A DNA stretch of 64,000 nucleotides from Aureliella sp. (GTDB lineage Bacteria; Planctomycetota; Planctomycetia; Pirellulales; Pirellulaceae). Made by a program: the position numbers and the translations under genes. This document shows positions 30,091-40,126 of this stretch, piece by piece; the stretch's first letter is position 1, and every line of letters starts with the position of its first letter. A model generated the notes under the pieces. The model did not search any database and had not been told where the DNA came from. It was given only the letters and a program-made list of their open reading frames with translations. The stretch spans positions 1,184,001-1,248,000 of the forward strand of contig OY829846.1 of the NCBI GenBank assembly GCA_963691875.1, read 5' to 3'.

Positions 30091-31500
30091 CTAGCAGCAA
30101 GAGGCTGGTGCTGCCTGCAGCCAAGCATTGTAACCTCCTGTCATGTTGATAACTTCAATTCCAGCTTGCTTTAGTATGCTACAACCGATCGCCGAGCGAA
30201 TACCGCCTTGGCATTGAACCACTACTGGCCTTCCAGCCGCGTCGGAGCGAACCTGCTCAACCTGTTGATCAAGCGTACCAAGAAAACGATGATTCGCCTG
30301 TTCGATGTGCCCGGAGTTCCACTCTGCTTGCGATCGCACGTCTATCAAATGGACGCTTCCCTCAGCGATCTGAGCTTGGAGCTTGGCAGGCGATGCAACC
30401 TCATAACTTCCAGAAAAGAGAGTAGCCTCCCCACCAGTATCGATTGCAAAGAACTTGCCGAATTTCTCAACTCCCATTTTAAGCAATAATTTGCGAGCCG
30501 CTTCCAGTTGATCTCGCTTGCCAATAAGATGCATCGGGAGCTCGTAGTTGACTATCCAACCGGCCCAAGCGGCGAGCATATGCGATGGAATATTGATCGC
30601 TCCAGGGAAATGCCCTTCGGCGAACTCCTTTGCTAGTCGAAGGTCGATCACAGATTCACTGCAATCCAACACTTGGAGCCTACTCAGCTCCGTAAAAGTC
30701 AGATCCGTCAGGTCTCCAATCAACCCCGGTCCGCGTTTGTTGACACTTTTCATTCGCCCAAAGTACCTAGGAGCTGGCGGCTGATCCTTCAATACGTAGA
30801 CGACGAACTCATCTTCATTTTCGTATTGCAGTGCAGGATTGAATCTTTTCTCGTAACCGACTGTCGATGAAGGGATCGCACCGAGTCTTTTTCCGCAGGC
30901 GCTGCCTGCTCCATGTGCGGGCCAAACTTGCAAGTAGTCGGGCAACTCTTTGAAGCGTCGCAACGAATGGAAGAGTTGACGTGCGCCGGGCTCAGCTGAA
31001 TCCTCTATGCCCGCTGCTTCTTCGAGCAGATCCGGCCGGCCGATAGCCCCTACGAAAACGAAATCACCGGTGAAGATCCCCATCGGCTCATCGGCTTTTC
31101 CACCACGATCCGTCAACACCAGTGAGATACTCTCCGGTGTATGGCCAGCCGTTTGCAAAACCTCAAACTCTATGTTGCCGATCGAGAATTTGTCTTCATT
31201 CCGAAGTAACTGGTGTTCGTACTGGTGGGCGAATTCGTATTGCCAATCTGCTGCGCCCGTACCAGACAGCAGCAACTTAGCACCGACTCGTTCAGCCATT
31301 TCGCGGACACCGGACACGAAGTCTGCATGGATGTGCGTCTCAGTCGCGGCAACGATCTTCATGCCTTTTGACTTGGCTGAAGCTAGGTAAGGCTCAATAT
31401 CCCGACCTGGATCGATAACAATAGCTTCGCGCGTCCGTTGGCAACCAACCAAGTAAGAAGCATGTGCCAAAGTATCGTCGTAGAAGTATTTCAATAACAA
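30091..31500 (-). CDS. MBL-fold persulfide dioxygenase fused to two rhodanese domains (CstB-like)
   Basis: ETHIHADFVSG, GHTPES, FTGDFVFVG..GRPDL, PAHGAGSACG; C-terminal rhodanese loop CQGGIRS. Confidence 0.9.
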   Translation of the reverse strand: MLLKYFYDDTLAHASYLVGCQRTREAIVIDPGRDIEPYLASAKSKGMKIVAATETHIHADFVSGVREMAERVGAKLLLSGTGAADWQYEFAHQYEHQLLRNEDKFSIGNIEFEVLQTAGHTPESISLVLTDRGGKADEPMGIFTGDFVFVGAIGRPDLLEEAAGIEDSAEPGARQLFHSLRRFKELPDYLQVWPAHGAGSACGKRLGAIPSSTVGYEKRFNPALQYENEDEFVVYVLKDQPPAPRYFGRMKSVNKRGPGLIGDLTDLTFTELSRLQVLDCSESVIDLRLAKEFAEGHFPGAINIPSHMLAAWAGWIVNYELPMHLIGKRDQLEAARKLLLKMGVEKFGKFFAIDTGGEATLFSGSYEVASPAKLQAQIAEGSVHLIDVRSQAEWNSGHIEQANHRFLGTLDQQVEQVRSDAAGRPVVVQCQGGIRSAIGCSILKQAGIEVINMTGGYNAWLQAAPASCC

Positions 31501-31505
31501 GAGCT

Positions 31506-32282
31506 TTACCCTTGAGAGAGCAGTGATTTGGATATGACAAAAAGGGCGACCAGAACAACACCAACCGAGAAGACTCGCTGCAGACTGGGGCCGTCAAGAT
31601 ATTTTGAGATTCGGGAACCAACTAGAAGCCCAGCAAAGCCGCCGAGCATGAAGGGGAAGACAGTTTGTCCCGACACTGATTCCCCGCCGTAGAGATAGGA
31701 AACCACTCCGCTTGCGCTAATGAAAGCAATCGCGAGCAATGAGGTTGGAACGGCTTGTTGTATCGGCATGTTTCCGAAAAGCACGAGTGCTGGCACTAAG
31801 ACAAAACCACCTCCGACGCCCAGCATTCCTGATAGGAAACCGGTCGTGAGTCCCATCAAGACAAGGACGAGAGTGCTTTGCGATGGATTCTCCGGATCAT
31901 CCGGGATCACTGACTCATTTGCTCCTTCATCTCCCTTTATCCACATCCGCCACGCGATGAGAAACATGAGAATCCCAAACAGAAGAAGTAGCGTGTGCTC
32001 CGAAATTTGTTGCTGAGCCCAGTTCCCGATCGGGGCAGCGACGACGCCCGGCACAGCGATCAGGAAACCACAACGCAATTGTACTTGCCCACGAAAGAGC
32101 CTCGGCACAGCGCCGAATAAGGCAGTCGCACCTACCGAAGCTAAAGACACGCCGACCGCTTCTCGTGGGGCCAGGGCAAGACCGTACACAAGCAGAGGCA
32201 CGGCAAGAACACCTCCGCCACCACCGGTCAGACCGAGAGCACAACCAACGAAGCCACCAAAGAACAATGCGAAAGCGAACAT
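31506..32282 (-). CDS. TauE/SafE-family sulfite exporter
   Basis: GLTGGGGGVLAVP and GMLGVGGGFVLVP motifs; start coupled to the upstream stop (TGATG). Confidence 0.9.
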   Translation of the reverse strand: MFAFALFFGGFVGCALGLTGGGGGVLAVPLLVYGLALAPREAVGVSLASVGATALFGAVPRLFRGQVQLRCGFLIAVPGVVAAPIGNWAQQQISEHTLLLLFGILMFLIAWRMWIKGDEGANESVIPDDPENPSQSTLVLVLMGLTTGFLSGMLGVGGGFVLVPALVLFGNMPIQQAVPTSLLAIAFISASGVVSYLYGGESVSGQTVFPFMLGGFAGLLVGSRISKYLDGPSLQRVFSVGVVLVALFVISKSLLSQG

Positions 32283-32791
32283 CAAGCCGGCTTGCCCGAA
32301 TTCCAAGGCATCTTGGCTAGCACCAATGCCATTCCACAAGTGTCCGTGATGCCAGAAAAGATGAGACCTGCCCCAATGAACGCAGGAATACCTGCCAAAT
32401 AGACGTTGCCAGAAATGAGGGCGGCAATAACTCCAGCAAGGGTGATGCTACCGGCTACGATCTGAACTTGTCGCTCAAGAGAAATAGTTCGTTTCCCGCG
32501 GGTTCCATGTAGCCCAGCTTTTTGCCAAGCTGCAGTGCCTCCTTCAACACTAACGACGTTCTTGATTCCCGCGGCGAGCAACTTTCCAGAGGCCTTCAAC
32601 GAGCGCTGTCCGCTTTGGCAGATCACCGCGATCTTCTTCTCGTCCTTTGTGAGTGAATCCGGATCCAACGAATCGAGCGGGAAGTTCTGTGCTCCGGTAG
32701 CGTGTAGCGTTTCAAATTCGGCCTGAGTCCGGACATCAATCAGCTTGAAATCACCGGCCCTCAATTGTTCTACGCTGATCGTGGAAATCAT
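32282..32791 (-). CDS. Membrane-anchored rhodanese (YgaP-like, DUF2892)
   Basis: LIDVRTQAEF, CQSGQRS, EGGTAAW, ISLERQVQIVAG, GITDTCGM. Confidence 0.9.
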   Translation of the reverse strand: MISTISVEQLRAGDFKLIDVRTQAEFETLHATGAQNFPLDSLDPDSLTKDEKKIAVICQSGQRSLKASGKLLAAGIKNVVSVEGGTAAWQKAGLHGTRGKRTISLERQVQIVAGSITLAGVIAALISGNVYLAGIPAFIGAGLIFSGITDTCGMALVLAKMPWNSGKPA

Positions 32792-32814
32792 TCTTATCTC
32801 TTCGAGAGTTCGTA

Positions 32815-32834
32815 ATATCGTGGTATTTCGATAT
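32815..32834. promoter_or_regulatory. Candidate ArsR operator 1 (ATATCG-N8-CGATAT)
   Basis: Perfect 6-8-6 inverted repeat between the arsR-type gene and the rhodanese start. Confidence 0.65.
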
Positions 32835-32857
32835 ATCAAATCAAATAAAAGTAGAGG

Positions 32858-33193
32858 TTACGACGCGTTTCGATCGGCACAAGACAAGAAGCCTCCCTCG
32901 ATGCAATCCATAATTTTCTTCAAATGTGGTTCCGCGACCTGATAGTAAACTCTGCGTCCTTCACGTTCACTAGTGAAAAATCCACAGCGCTGCATCAGTC
33001 GCAGATGTTCGGACGCTACGTTATCTGGCACAGAACAGTCCTCTGCCAGCTCGCCCACTGTGTACCGTCCCTTCAGCAATAGCTGCACTATTCGCAGACG
33101 AACCGGATGCGCCAATGTCTTCAGGCACTCGGCCGCTTCCGCAAACTCAGCCGGCGAACCCACCGGTTTGAAATCTGTTTTCCCCTTCGTCAC
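32858..33193 (-). CDS. ArsR/SmtB-family transcriptional repressor
   Basis: LKTLAHPVRLRIVQLL...TVGELAE...SEHLRLM...REGRRVYY; five Cys. Confidence 0.92.
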   Translation of the reverse strand: MTKGKTDFKPVGSPAEFAEAAECLKTLAHPVRLRIVQLLLKGRYTVGELAEDCSVPDNVASEHLRLMQRCGFFTSEREGRRVYYQVAEPHLKKIMDCIEGGFLSCADRNAS

Positions 33194-33232
33194 AGCTTTT
33201 GCCCTGCAGAAAGAACTAATCGATAAAACAAC

Positions 33233-33252
33233 AGATCGTAACCTAACGAGAT
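33233..33252. promoter_or_regulatory. Candidate ArsR operator 2 (AGATCG-N8-CGAGAT) overlapping a TTGACA on the - strand
   Basis: Same 6-8-6 geometry as 32815-32834, 40 bp upstream of the regulator start. Confidence 0.55.
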
Positions 33253-33521
33253 GTCAATCCAATATTTGTGATAGAATTCGTAACGTGTGAAACCGTATTC
33301 AGTAAAAAACTGCTGCTCCACTTGTTTCCATGCCTCTGTTCGTCGTTCCGTTCGATTGTAGAAATGATGTTAGATCAACGAAAAAATCGATTGATTTAGG
33401 GTATCGGTCAACAGGTTGCAATTTTCTGCTTTGACGCGCGAACCTTGATGTAAACTGAACGCATTACCCTGCAAAGAACTTAGCCATTTAAAGCCGTAAG
33501 CACTGTCAACAAAGATCTGAG

Positions 33522-36191
33522 ATGGCCACTTTCACGCCCAATTTCTTCTACTTCCAATTGCTTGTGATCTCGCTGACTTGTTTGTTGCTGTCTGTTGCTG
33601 GCAACGCGCCTTTGCACGCTCAGGTTGAGGAAGCAACCGAAGTTAATGAAATTCAGGAAGAAAGTGATGGCCGCGAGGAATTCGAGGGTGAAATAGGGCG
33701 AGAAATTGCTGTTCGCCTCGAAGAAGCCTTCTCGATCCGAACAGAAGCTGCAGAGCAATCCGCAACACACCGCCAACGCGAGGAAGTTGCCGAAATACAA
33801 ATTCGCTACCTAAACGAACTCAAATCGTTTCTCCGAAAAGCCGAAGCAGCCGAACGGCATCTTGAACAGGGTAATGCATCCGCGAAAGAACTAGAACGGA
33901 CTGAGGTTCAGCTCGCGTTCTTCGAAAGCGAACTGGAAGAGCGGTTCGTGCAGCTCGAAATCTGTGATCGGCAACTTGAACTATTGGATCTTCAGTTTGA
34001 TTTGCTGCACCCCAGCATGAAGAGTGAACTCAAGCAGCTTAAAGAGTTGCTCGAAGTCATCGACGAGTCCCGCGCTGAAGTCTCCAAAATGTTCCGCGCT
34101 TTTCGGAATAGCGAGGAAGAACGCGGAGAGCGAATTGCGGCCGATCTGGAACAACTGGAAGGTCACGTAGATGAACAGACCGAGATCCTGCGTCTGAAAG
34201 TCGAATTGTTCTTGGCTCGTGAAGAAGGTGCCAACGAAGAGATCCGTGAACTGGAGGAAGAGCTGCGTGCCATTGGTGAAGAGTTCGATCGAGACGATGG
34301 ACCACATGGTGAGGATGTTCGTGAGGAGGTAACTAAGTTGCCGCCTCCGATTCAAGTTTCCGCTGCGGAGATTCGCGAAGCAGGCAAGCTTGACTTTACC
34401 ACCAAGATCAAACCTCTATTGGGCAAACACTGCGGTGATTGTCATGCGGGAACGGAGGCATCCGGCGATCTGGACATCTACGCCCTGATGAAGGTCGAGC
34501 CCTTCGTCATGCACCGAGATCATTGGCTGAATGTCATTCAGCAAATCAAAGTTCGTTCGATGCCACCAGCCGATTACGAGCAACCAAGTGACTTAGAGCG
34601 GAAACAAATGCTGGCATGGTTGCAAAACGCGATCGAAAACTTTGATTACGAAACCGTGCGTCGCTCGGGCCATGAACCAACTCGTCGGCTTACTCACGAA
34701 GAATACAACAACACCATCCGGGATCTCTTCGGAATGGACCTTCGGCCTGCCGACAGATTCCCGGCCGACATGACTGCCAGTAGCGGATTTCGCAACAGTG
34801 CCAACAGTCTTTTTATTCAACCAGTGACGATGGAGCGTTACTTGAATGCAGCAGAATCAGTTGTTAATCAAGTCCAACAGGCTGGCCCCAAGTCTCGTCC
34901 CTTTGCAAGTTGGATGGAGCAGATTCGAGCAAGCGAAGCAGAAGCCGTTGTAGCTATACGAGATTTTGCCAACCGAGCCTATCGCCGTAAAATTTCAGCG
35001 GAAGAAGAACAGCAGTTGCTCGAATTCTTTGCTGAGCAGTCTGCGGCTGGCAGTTCAGCCGAGGAAGCTTTTGCGAAACTTGTGCAAACGGTTTTAGTCT
35101 CGCCGAGTTTCCTGATGCGAAATACGGGGCATCCCGGCGAGCCTGGACTGGTTTCCGACTTTGAAATGGCCAGCCGCCTTTCGTATTTTCTCTGGGCATC
35201 CATGCCGGATGACGAACTCTTCCGCCTGGCCACACAAGGAAGACTACAGGATGCGAAAGTTCTGCGACAGCAAGTTCCCCGAATGCTAGCGGACCCAAGG
35301 GCCCAAACGCTCGGCTCTGAATTTGCCGCTCAGTGGCTTGGCATTGTCAATCTCAAGCGGGTGCCCCGCGACCAGATCGACAACCCATGGGCCACGGATT
35401 CGCTCTTCCAAGCCCTGGAAGACGAAAGTGCTCTGTTCTTCCATTCGCTTGTCGTTGACAACGCGAACATCGAGCAGTTCGTCGATGCAAAATACACTTA
35501 CCTGAATGAGGAACTTGCAAGGCACTACCGGATCCCGGGAGTCAAAGGCGACAAAATGCGACGTGTCGAACTCAGTGATTCCACTCGCGGCGGAATACTT
35601 GGACATGCATCAGTGCTGACAATCACATCCTTTCCACATCGCACTAGCCCTGTCGTGCGTGGGAACTGGATTCTTAGTGAATTGCTCGGAACGCCTCCTC
35701 CGCCTCCGCCACCAAACGTCAGCGAATTCGATGAGAGGATCGAGAACCGTCGTTTGTCGCAGAGGCAAAAGCTCGAATTGCATCGAAAGAATCCGAACTG
35801 CTACGCTTGCCACAGTGAAATCGATCCACTCGGATTTGCATTGGAGAAGTACGAAGAGTTCGGACGCTTGCGAGATCGGGAAGACCGCCGGGAAATTGAT
35901 ATCACTGGCAAGCTACCTAGCGGCCGGATCGTGAAAGGGCTAGAAGGTCTTCGCCAAGCATTAGTAACTGAAAGGCGCGACGATCTGATGGAGCAGATCG
36001 CACGCAAAATGTTCACCTACGCTCTGGGCCGACAGCTCAACTATTACGACGAAGCCGCCGTACGAGACATTATCTCCCATGCAGAGAAACACGAGCGACG
36101 ACTGCAGCCGTTGATCGAAGCAATTGTCTTGAGTGATTCTTTTCGCAAGATCGACTATGAATCTACGACGGCAACTAGCTCGGCTAAGTAG
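33522..36191 (+). CDS. DUF1592/DUF1588/DUF1587-type planctomycete cytochrome c protein with long acidic coiled-coil N-terminus
   Basis: Signal peptide; CGDCH and CYACH; RRLTHEEYNNTIRDL, ASRLSYFLWASMPD, RTSPVVRG, DPLGFALE. Confidence 0.9.
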   Translation: MATFTPNFFYFQLLVISLTCLLLSVAGNAPLHAQVEEATEVNEIQEESDGREEFEGEIGREIAVRLEEAFSIRTEAAEQSATHRQREEVAEIQIRYLNELKSFLRKAEAAERHLEQGNASAKELERTEVQLAFFESELEERFVQLEICDRQLELLDLQFDLLHPSMKSELKQLKELLEVIDESRAEVSKMFRAFRNSEEERGERIAADLEQLEGHVDEQTEILRLKVELFLAREEGANEEIRELEEELRAIGEEFDRDDGPHGEDVREEVTKLPPPIQVSAAEIREAGKLDFTTKIKPLLGKHCGDCHAGTEASGDLDIYALMKVEPFVMHRDHWLNVIQQIKVRSMPPADYEQPSDLERKQMLAWLQNAIENFDYETVRRSGHEPTRRLTHEEYNNTIRDLFGMDLRPADRFPADMTASSGFRNSANSLFIQPVTMERYLNAAESVVNQVQQAGPKSRPFASWMEQIRASEAEAVVAIRDFANRAYRRKISAEEEQQLLEFFAEQSAAGSSAEEAFAKLVQTVLVSPSFLMRNTGHPGEPGLVSDFEMASRLSYFLWASMPDDELFRLATQGRLQDAKVLRQQVPRMLADPRAQTLGSEFAAQWLGIVNLKRVPRDQIDNPWATDSLFQALEDESALFFHSLVVDNANIEQFVDAKYTYLNEELARHYRIPGVKGDKMRRVELSDSTRGGILGHASVLTITSFPHRTSPVVRGNWILSELLGTPPPPPPPNVSEFDERIENRRLSQRQKLELHRKNPNCYACHSEIDPLGFALEKYEEFGRLRDREDRREIDITGKLPSGRIVKGLEGLRQALVTERRDDLMEQIARKMFTYALGRQLNYYDEAAVRDIISHAEKHERRLQPLIEAIVLSDSFRKIDYESTTATSSAK

Positions 36192-36292
36192 TGTCGCTCA
36201 CGCGGTCAACACTGCCCTATCTGAGAGATTCGGCAAGGACTGCGAACCCTACAATTAACTCAGAAAAGCCAACTCCAACGCGGAAAAGAAAC

Positions 36293-37639
36293 ATGGCTCA
36301 TAAATGGCATATCTCACGACGCACAGCTCTGCGAGGACTCGGTACGGCTATTGCCCTTCCAATGCTTGACGTGATGTCCGCTCCTGGCCTCAACGCGGCC
36401 GACAATGTCTCGACGACAACGCGGCTGGCTTACTTGTATTTTCCTAATGGCGTGGCAGAAGGTGCTTGGGCGCCGAAGAAAGTCGATGCATCTGGACGGA
36501 TCCAGCAATTGAATCCATGGATGAATTCATTAGAACCGCTCAAAGAGCAGTTGACGATTTTTAAGAACATGTGGACACCACGCGGCAACGGCCACATCGC
36601 TGGAACAGCTACTTGGCTGACCGGCGGCTCCTATGACGACCAAAATATCGACGCCGGTGGGACGTCGGTCGATCAACTTGCGGCGAAACACTTTGAGTCG
36701 CATACACTGCTGCCATCTCTAGAACTTTCTGTGCGCGGTCAAGGCTTCTTCTCCAGCAGCTTGCCACGCAACACATTGTCCTGGGTAGACGCGCGGACTC
36801 CAGCTCCTAGAGATGTCGAACCGAGGGTTGTATTTGACCGCATGTTCCGTTCTGCCAAGTCAGGCCTTTCGGACCGCTCCGTTCTCGACTTGGTGCTCAG
36901 CGACGCCAAACGCCTGAAGCGACGAGTCAGTGAACAGGACCAGCGCAAGATGGATGAATACCTTGAATCGATTCGTGCGATAGAGCGACGCATTGAGTTC
37001 GCAGAAACTCAAGCTCAACGAGCAAAGGCAGATCCAGTGTTAAGCCGAGCATTAGTCCGGCCCGAGCCGGGAGTGCCCGAGGATCATGGTGATTATATGC
37101 GAACGATGTTGGACATGATTGTGCTTGCCTTCTGGGCAGACGCAACTCGTGTTGGCACCATGATGCTTGATCACGGACAGAGCAATCGATACTTCAACTT
37201 CATCGACGGTGTGGAAGGCACTTGGCACGCACTCTCGCACTGGCGCGACGCAAGTGGCAAGACGGAAGACGACGATGGCGTTACTTCCTGGAACTCACGC
37301 GAAGAAAAACGAAACATGTACAACAAGGTGACTCAGTGGCACACAGAACAAGTTGCCTACTTCTTGAATCGGCTTCAATCCATCCAGGAACCAACCGGAA
37401 GCTTGCTCGACAACAGCATGATTGTTTATGGATCGAACTTAGCAGATGGACACGAACACGCTGAAAAAGACTTGCCTATCATGCTGGCCGGCAAGGGCGG
37501 TGGACACATTAGCCCAGGCAAGCTGGTTGGTGGTCGCCGAGACACTTCGATGTCCGACCTACACCTTTCGCTCCTCAACGGACTTGGCATCCCCAGCGAA
37601 AGGTTCGCCGATAGTCAATCGCCGATCAGCCTTGGATAG
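36293..37639 (+). CDS. DUF1552 family protein
   Basis: ISRRTALRGLG Tat-like signal, YFPNG, SVDQLAA, DEYLESIRAIERRI, LLDNSMIVYGS. Confidence 0.9.
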   Translation: MAHKWHISRRTALRGLGTAIALPMLDVMSAPGLNAADNVSTTTRLAYLYFPNGVAEGAWAPKKVDASGRIQQLNPWMNSLEPLKEQLTIFKNMWTPRGNGHIAGTATWLTGGSYDDQNIDAGGTSVDQLAAKHFESHTLLPSLELSVRGQGFFSSSLPRNTLSWVDARTPAPRDVEPRVVFDRMFRSAKSGLSDRSVLDLVLSDAKRLKRRVSEQDQRKMDEYLESIRAIERRIEFAETQAQRAKADPVLSRALVRPEPGVPEDHGDYMRTMLDMIVLAFWADATRVGTMMLDHGQSNRYFNFIDGVEGTWHALSHWRDASGKTEDDDGVTSWNSREEKRNMYNKVTQWHTEQVAYFLNRLQSIQEPTGSLLDNSMIVYGSNLADGHEHAEKDLPIMLAGKGGGHISPGKLVGGRRDTSMSDLHLSLLNGLGIPSERFADSQSPISLG

Positions 37640-37727
37640 TCGCCGATCGAGACGAGATACCAGCGTTATCAATATCTGTGTAGGTGGCTAGATTGCAAGA
37701 ACCTCGCTATGTGACTTCCTGGGGCAG

Positions 37728-39098
37728 CTACTGCTTCTCTGCGGGTAACTTGGCAATCACCGTATCGCCTCGGCCGGTATTGTCAGCGATGCTTTGAACA
37801 GTCCACAAATCCATGTGATTGTCGCCATCGACCACACTTCCGCTGTAGTCGCCCCAAGAGCCACCTTCCGTTGCAGCTGCTCCTTCACCTAGGCTGGTTA
37901 TCGGACGCAGCTTATTTAGTGGATCACTCGCTCGCCGGTATGCAAAACGAGGGCTGATGAACATGTCCGGCCCAGTTTCCTGAAAGCCAACAAGCACATC
38001 AAGTTGCTTGTTCACTGCCAGTGTTGTTTGAATGTAGCTATTTGTTTCTGAACTGATTAGTCCGCTTTGGACGAATTCACCATCGCTCAGTCGGACTTGG
38101 TGCCACTGAACTGCCGCGCGACCTTTCACATTGACGGTTTGCGAAAACCAGAGATGTTCGCTCTGAATCACTAGGTTCTTAGGATTGCGATCGCCTGAGG
38201 CAGTTCGCTTGTCCGTTCCCTTCTGCGGAGACTGAGGTGGCCAACCAAAGTGCTTGAAGTTGTGAGGAGCTTGCACGACAAGTTCGGCAACTGGAGCTCC
38301 GTCTTCGGCTTCGCTTAATTTGGTAATCAAGATGTCGCGTCTTGCAAGCTTTACAAAGTACAGGTCGTCGACGGCGTCCTGGGTTGCGACCGGGTGCCCA
38401 AGGTTGCCTTCGAAGTAATAAACTTTAACTGGCTTACCCAACTTAGCCTCAGCTGTTTTCAGTACAAACGTTTGCGTTGGACCACCTGGAAAAGTGTAGC
38501 CAATCCATTTGCGGCTATACCCAATTCCGCCGCCATCAACACCTTGTGGAGCAGGGACCGGGTACGTATTCCATACTCCGGCTGGATCAGAAGTCGAGGA
38601 AACCGAGATGTTGACCGGCTTCTTCTTTTCCTTGTCCCAAGGATTCCACAAGTCGAAACCGAACACTTGGTTGTGAGAATCGTAAAAGAGCTTTGGATCG
38701 ATCCCACCGTTGAAGCAACGCTGCGATACGCCTTGCACGAACTCGCCAGTTTTAGTGTAGATGATCAAGCCGTTATTGGTCGCGTGCAGAATGTGATTGC
38801 CGCCAACCGCGATTTGGGGGTCCACTTGTCGATTGCCATCATCAGATCCATCAAAGATCAGCACGCCATTTTGAGTGCGGGGATTTCCGCCCTGCTTTCG
38901 TTCGCGGCACGTTCCGTTCTTGTTGAAAGATTCATTTTGGATTGGTTGGATAACTTCTATTCGAGCTGGACGTAACTCCTGGGCTTCAGCGACCGTCGTC
39001 GTTATTAGCGTCGCAACGAGAGCGAGCAAGAGTCCGGCACTCGGCCACGAAAGAGCATTTGAGAGTTGGTGAAGCTTAGTTTGGAGCGACTGAATCAT
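37728..39098 (-). CDS. Secreted hypothetical protein (beta-rich, possibly propeller)
   Basis: 456-aa ORF with signal peptide; DPQIAVG, DPKLFYD, SSTSDP.G.W, WGDYS..VVD motifs. Confidence 0.75.
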   Translation of the reverse strand: MIQSLQTKLHQLSNALSWPSAGLLLALVATLITTTVAEAQELRPARIEVIQPIQNESFNKNGTCRERKQGGNPRTQNGVLIFDGSDDGNRQVDPQIAVGGNHILHATNNGLIIYTKTGEFVQGVSQRCFNGGIDPKLFYDSHNQVFGFDLWNPWDKEKKKPVNISVSSTSDPAGVWNTYPVPAPQGVDGGGIGYSRKWIGYTFPGGPTQTFVLKTAEAKLGKPVKVYYFEGNLGHPVATQDAVDDLYFVKLARRDILITKLSEAEDGAPVAELVVQAPHNFKHFGWPPQSPQKGTDKRTASGDRNPKNLVIQSEHLWFSQTVNVKGRAAVQWHQVRLSDGEFVQSGLISSETNSYIQTTLAVNKQLDVLVGFQETGPDMFISPRFAYRRASDPLNKLRPITSLGEGAAATEGGSWGDYSGSVVDGDNHMDLWTVQSIADNTGRGDTVIAKLPAEKQ

Positions 39099-40126
39099 GA
39101 TGCATACTGAAGGGAGGAATCTGATTAAGGCCGGGTCGACAACTTAGCAGTTCCTCACAATCCATCAAGGAGCATATTGGACCACATATGATCCTGAGGC
39201 CGCTCTTTCATTCTGTTATTCATGTATTTGATGCGTTAGCGCCGGTAGCGAATCAGCCGCCACACCGAAAGTTCTTCGACAAGCTTCCAGTATTGTACCA
39301 CTCCGAAGCGTCCCCAGTTGATCTCAAATTCGGCTAACACGCTCTCTATCGCACCTTGCCAGACTAGGCCTCGAAGTTGGTGGACTGCCACTGTGTTAGC
39401 TGTTGCGCATTCGAAGGCAATACGATGCGACGTGGCAGATCGGAGTTTTCAGTTTTTGAGCCGAACGAGCGAGCCGCGGGCCAGCGTTTTCTTTGTTCAT
39501 CCCAAAGCTGGCGGGTAGGGCTCTCAACCAGGTTTTATAGAAAGATTGGCTCTGCTCGGATTACCAAGCTCTCTGTGTTGGCTTTGCAGTAGAGCGACGA
39601 TTGCACCAATGCACCTAAGCGTTCCCAGGGCGAATACACCTCCGTTGCCTTTGTTGACTTCTTAGGAATTCCATCCCTTGGCCGCGCGATCCCGTCATGC
39701 TCACAGCTATATGCTCATACATTCCACTCGTGGCTTCGGCTTTATGCGATCGTTGATTCTGCTGGCCTCAGCGTTTTCGGTTGCATCCTTAATGGTAAGT
39801 AGTCACACGAGCAAGAAATTTCGCCCGCGTCTGCACGTCTGGTCGGTGCCGATTGGCTGCGTCGTCGTCGCCACCTTTGCCAACCGCTTTAGAGCAAAGG
39901 TGGACTCCACGAACCAAGGCGAAAGTAGTGAAACCGAAATAGTCTGACCGAAAAGGCAATATGGCGTGCTACTTGCGGATTCGGTCGAAGCCATTGAAAC
40001 AAGGTCAGACCATATTGCTCGGCGAAGAGCAATTCTGTCCGCTGAATCGGCTATACTCGCATTTAGAATGCTGGCAATCTAGACCGCTCCAGCTGCATTG
40101 ATTCAGAGTTATCGAAGTGAGTTGTC

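Noticed and set aside
39678..39947. Small membrane-protein ORF
   Set aside because: Weak start and no family signature.
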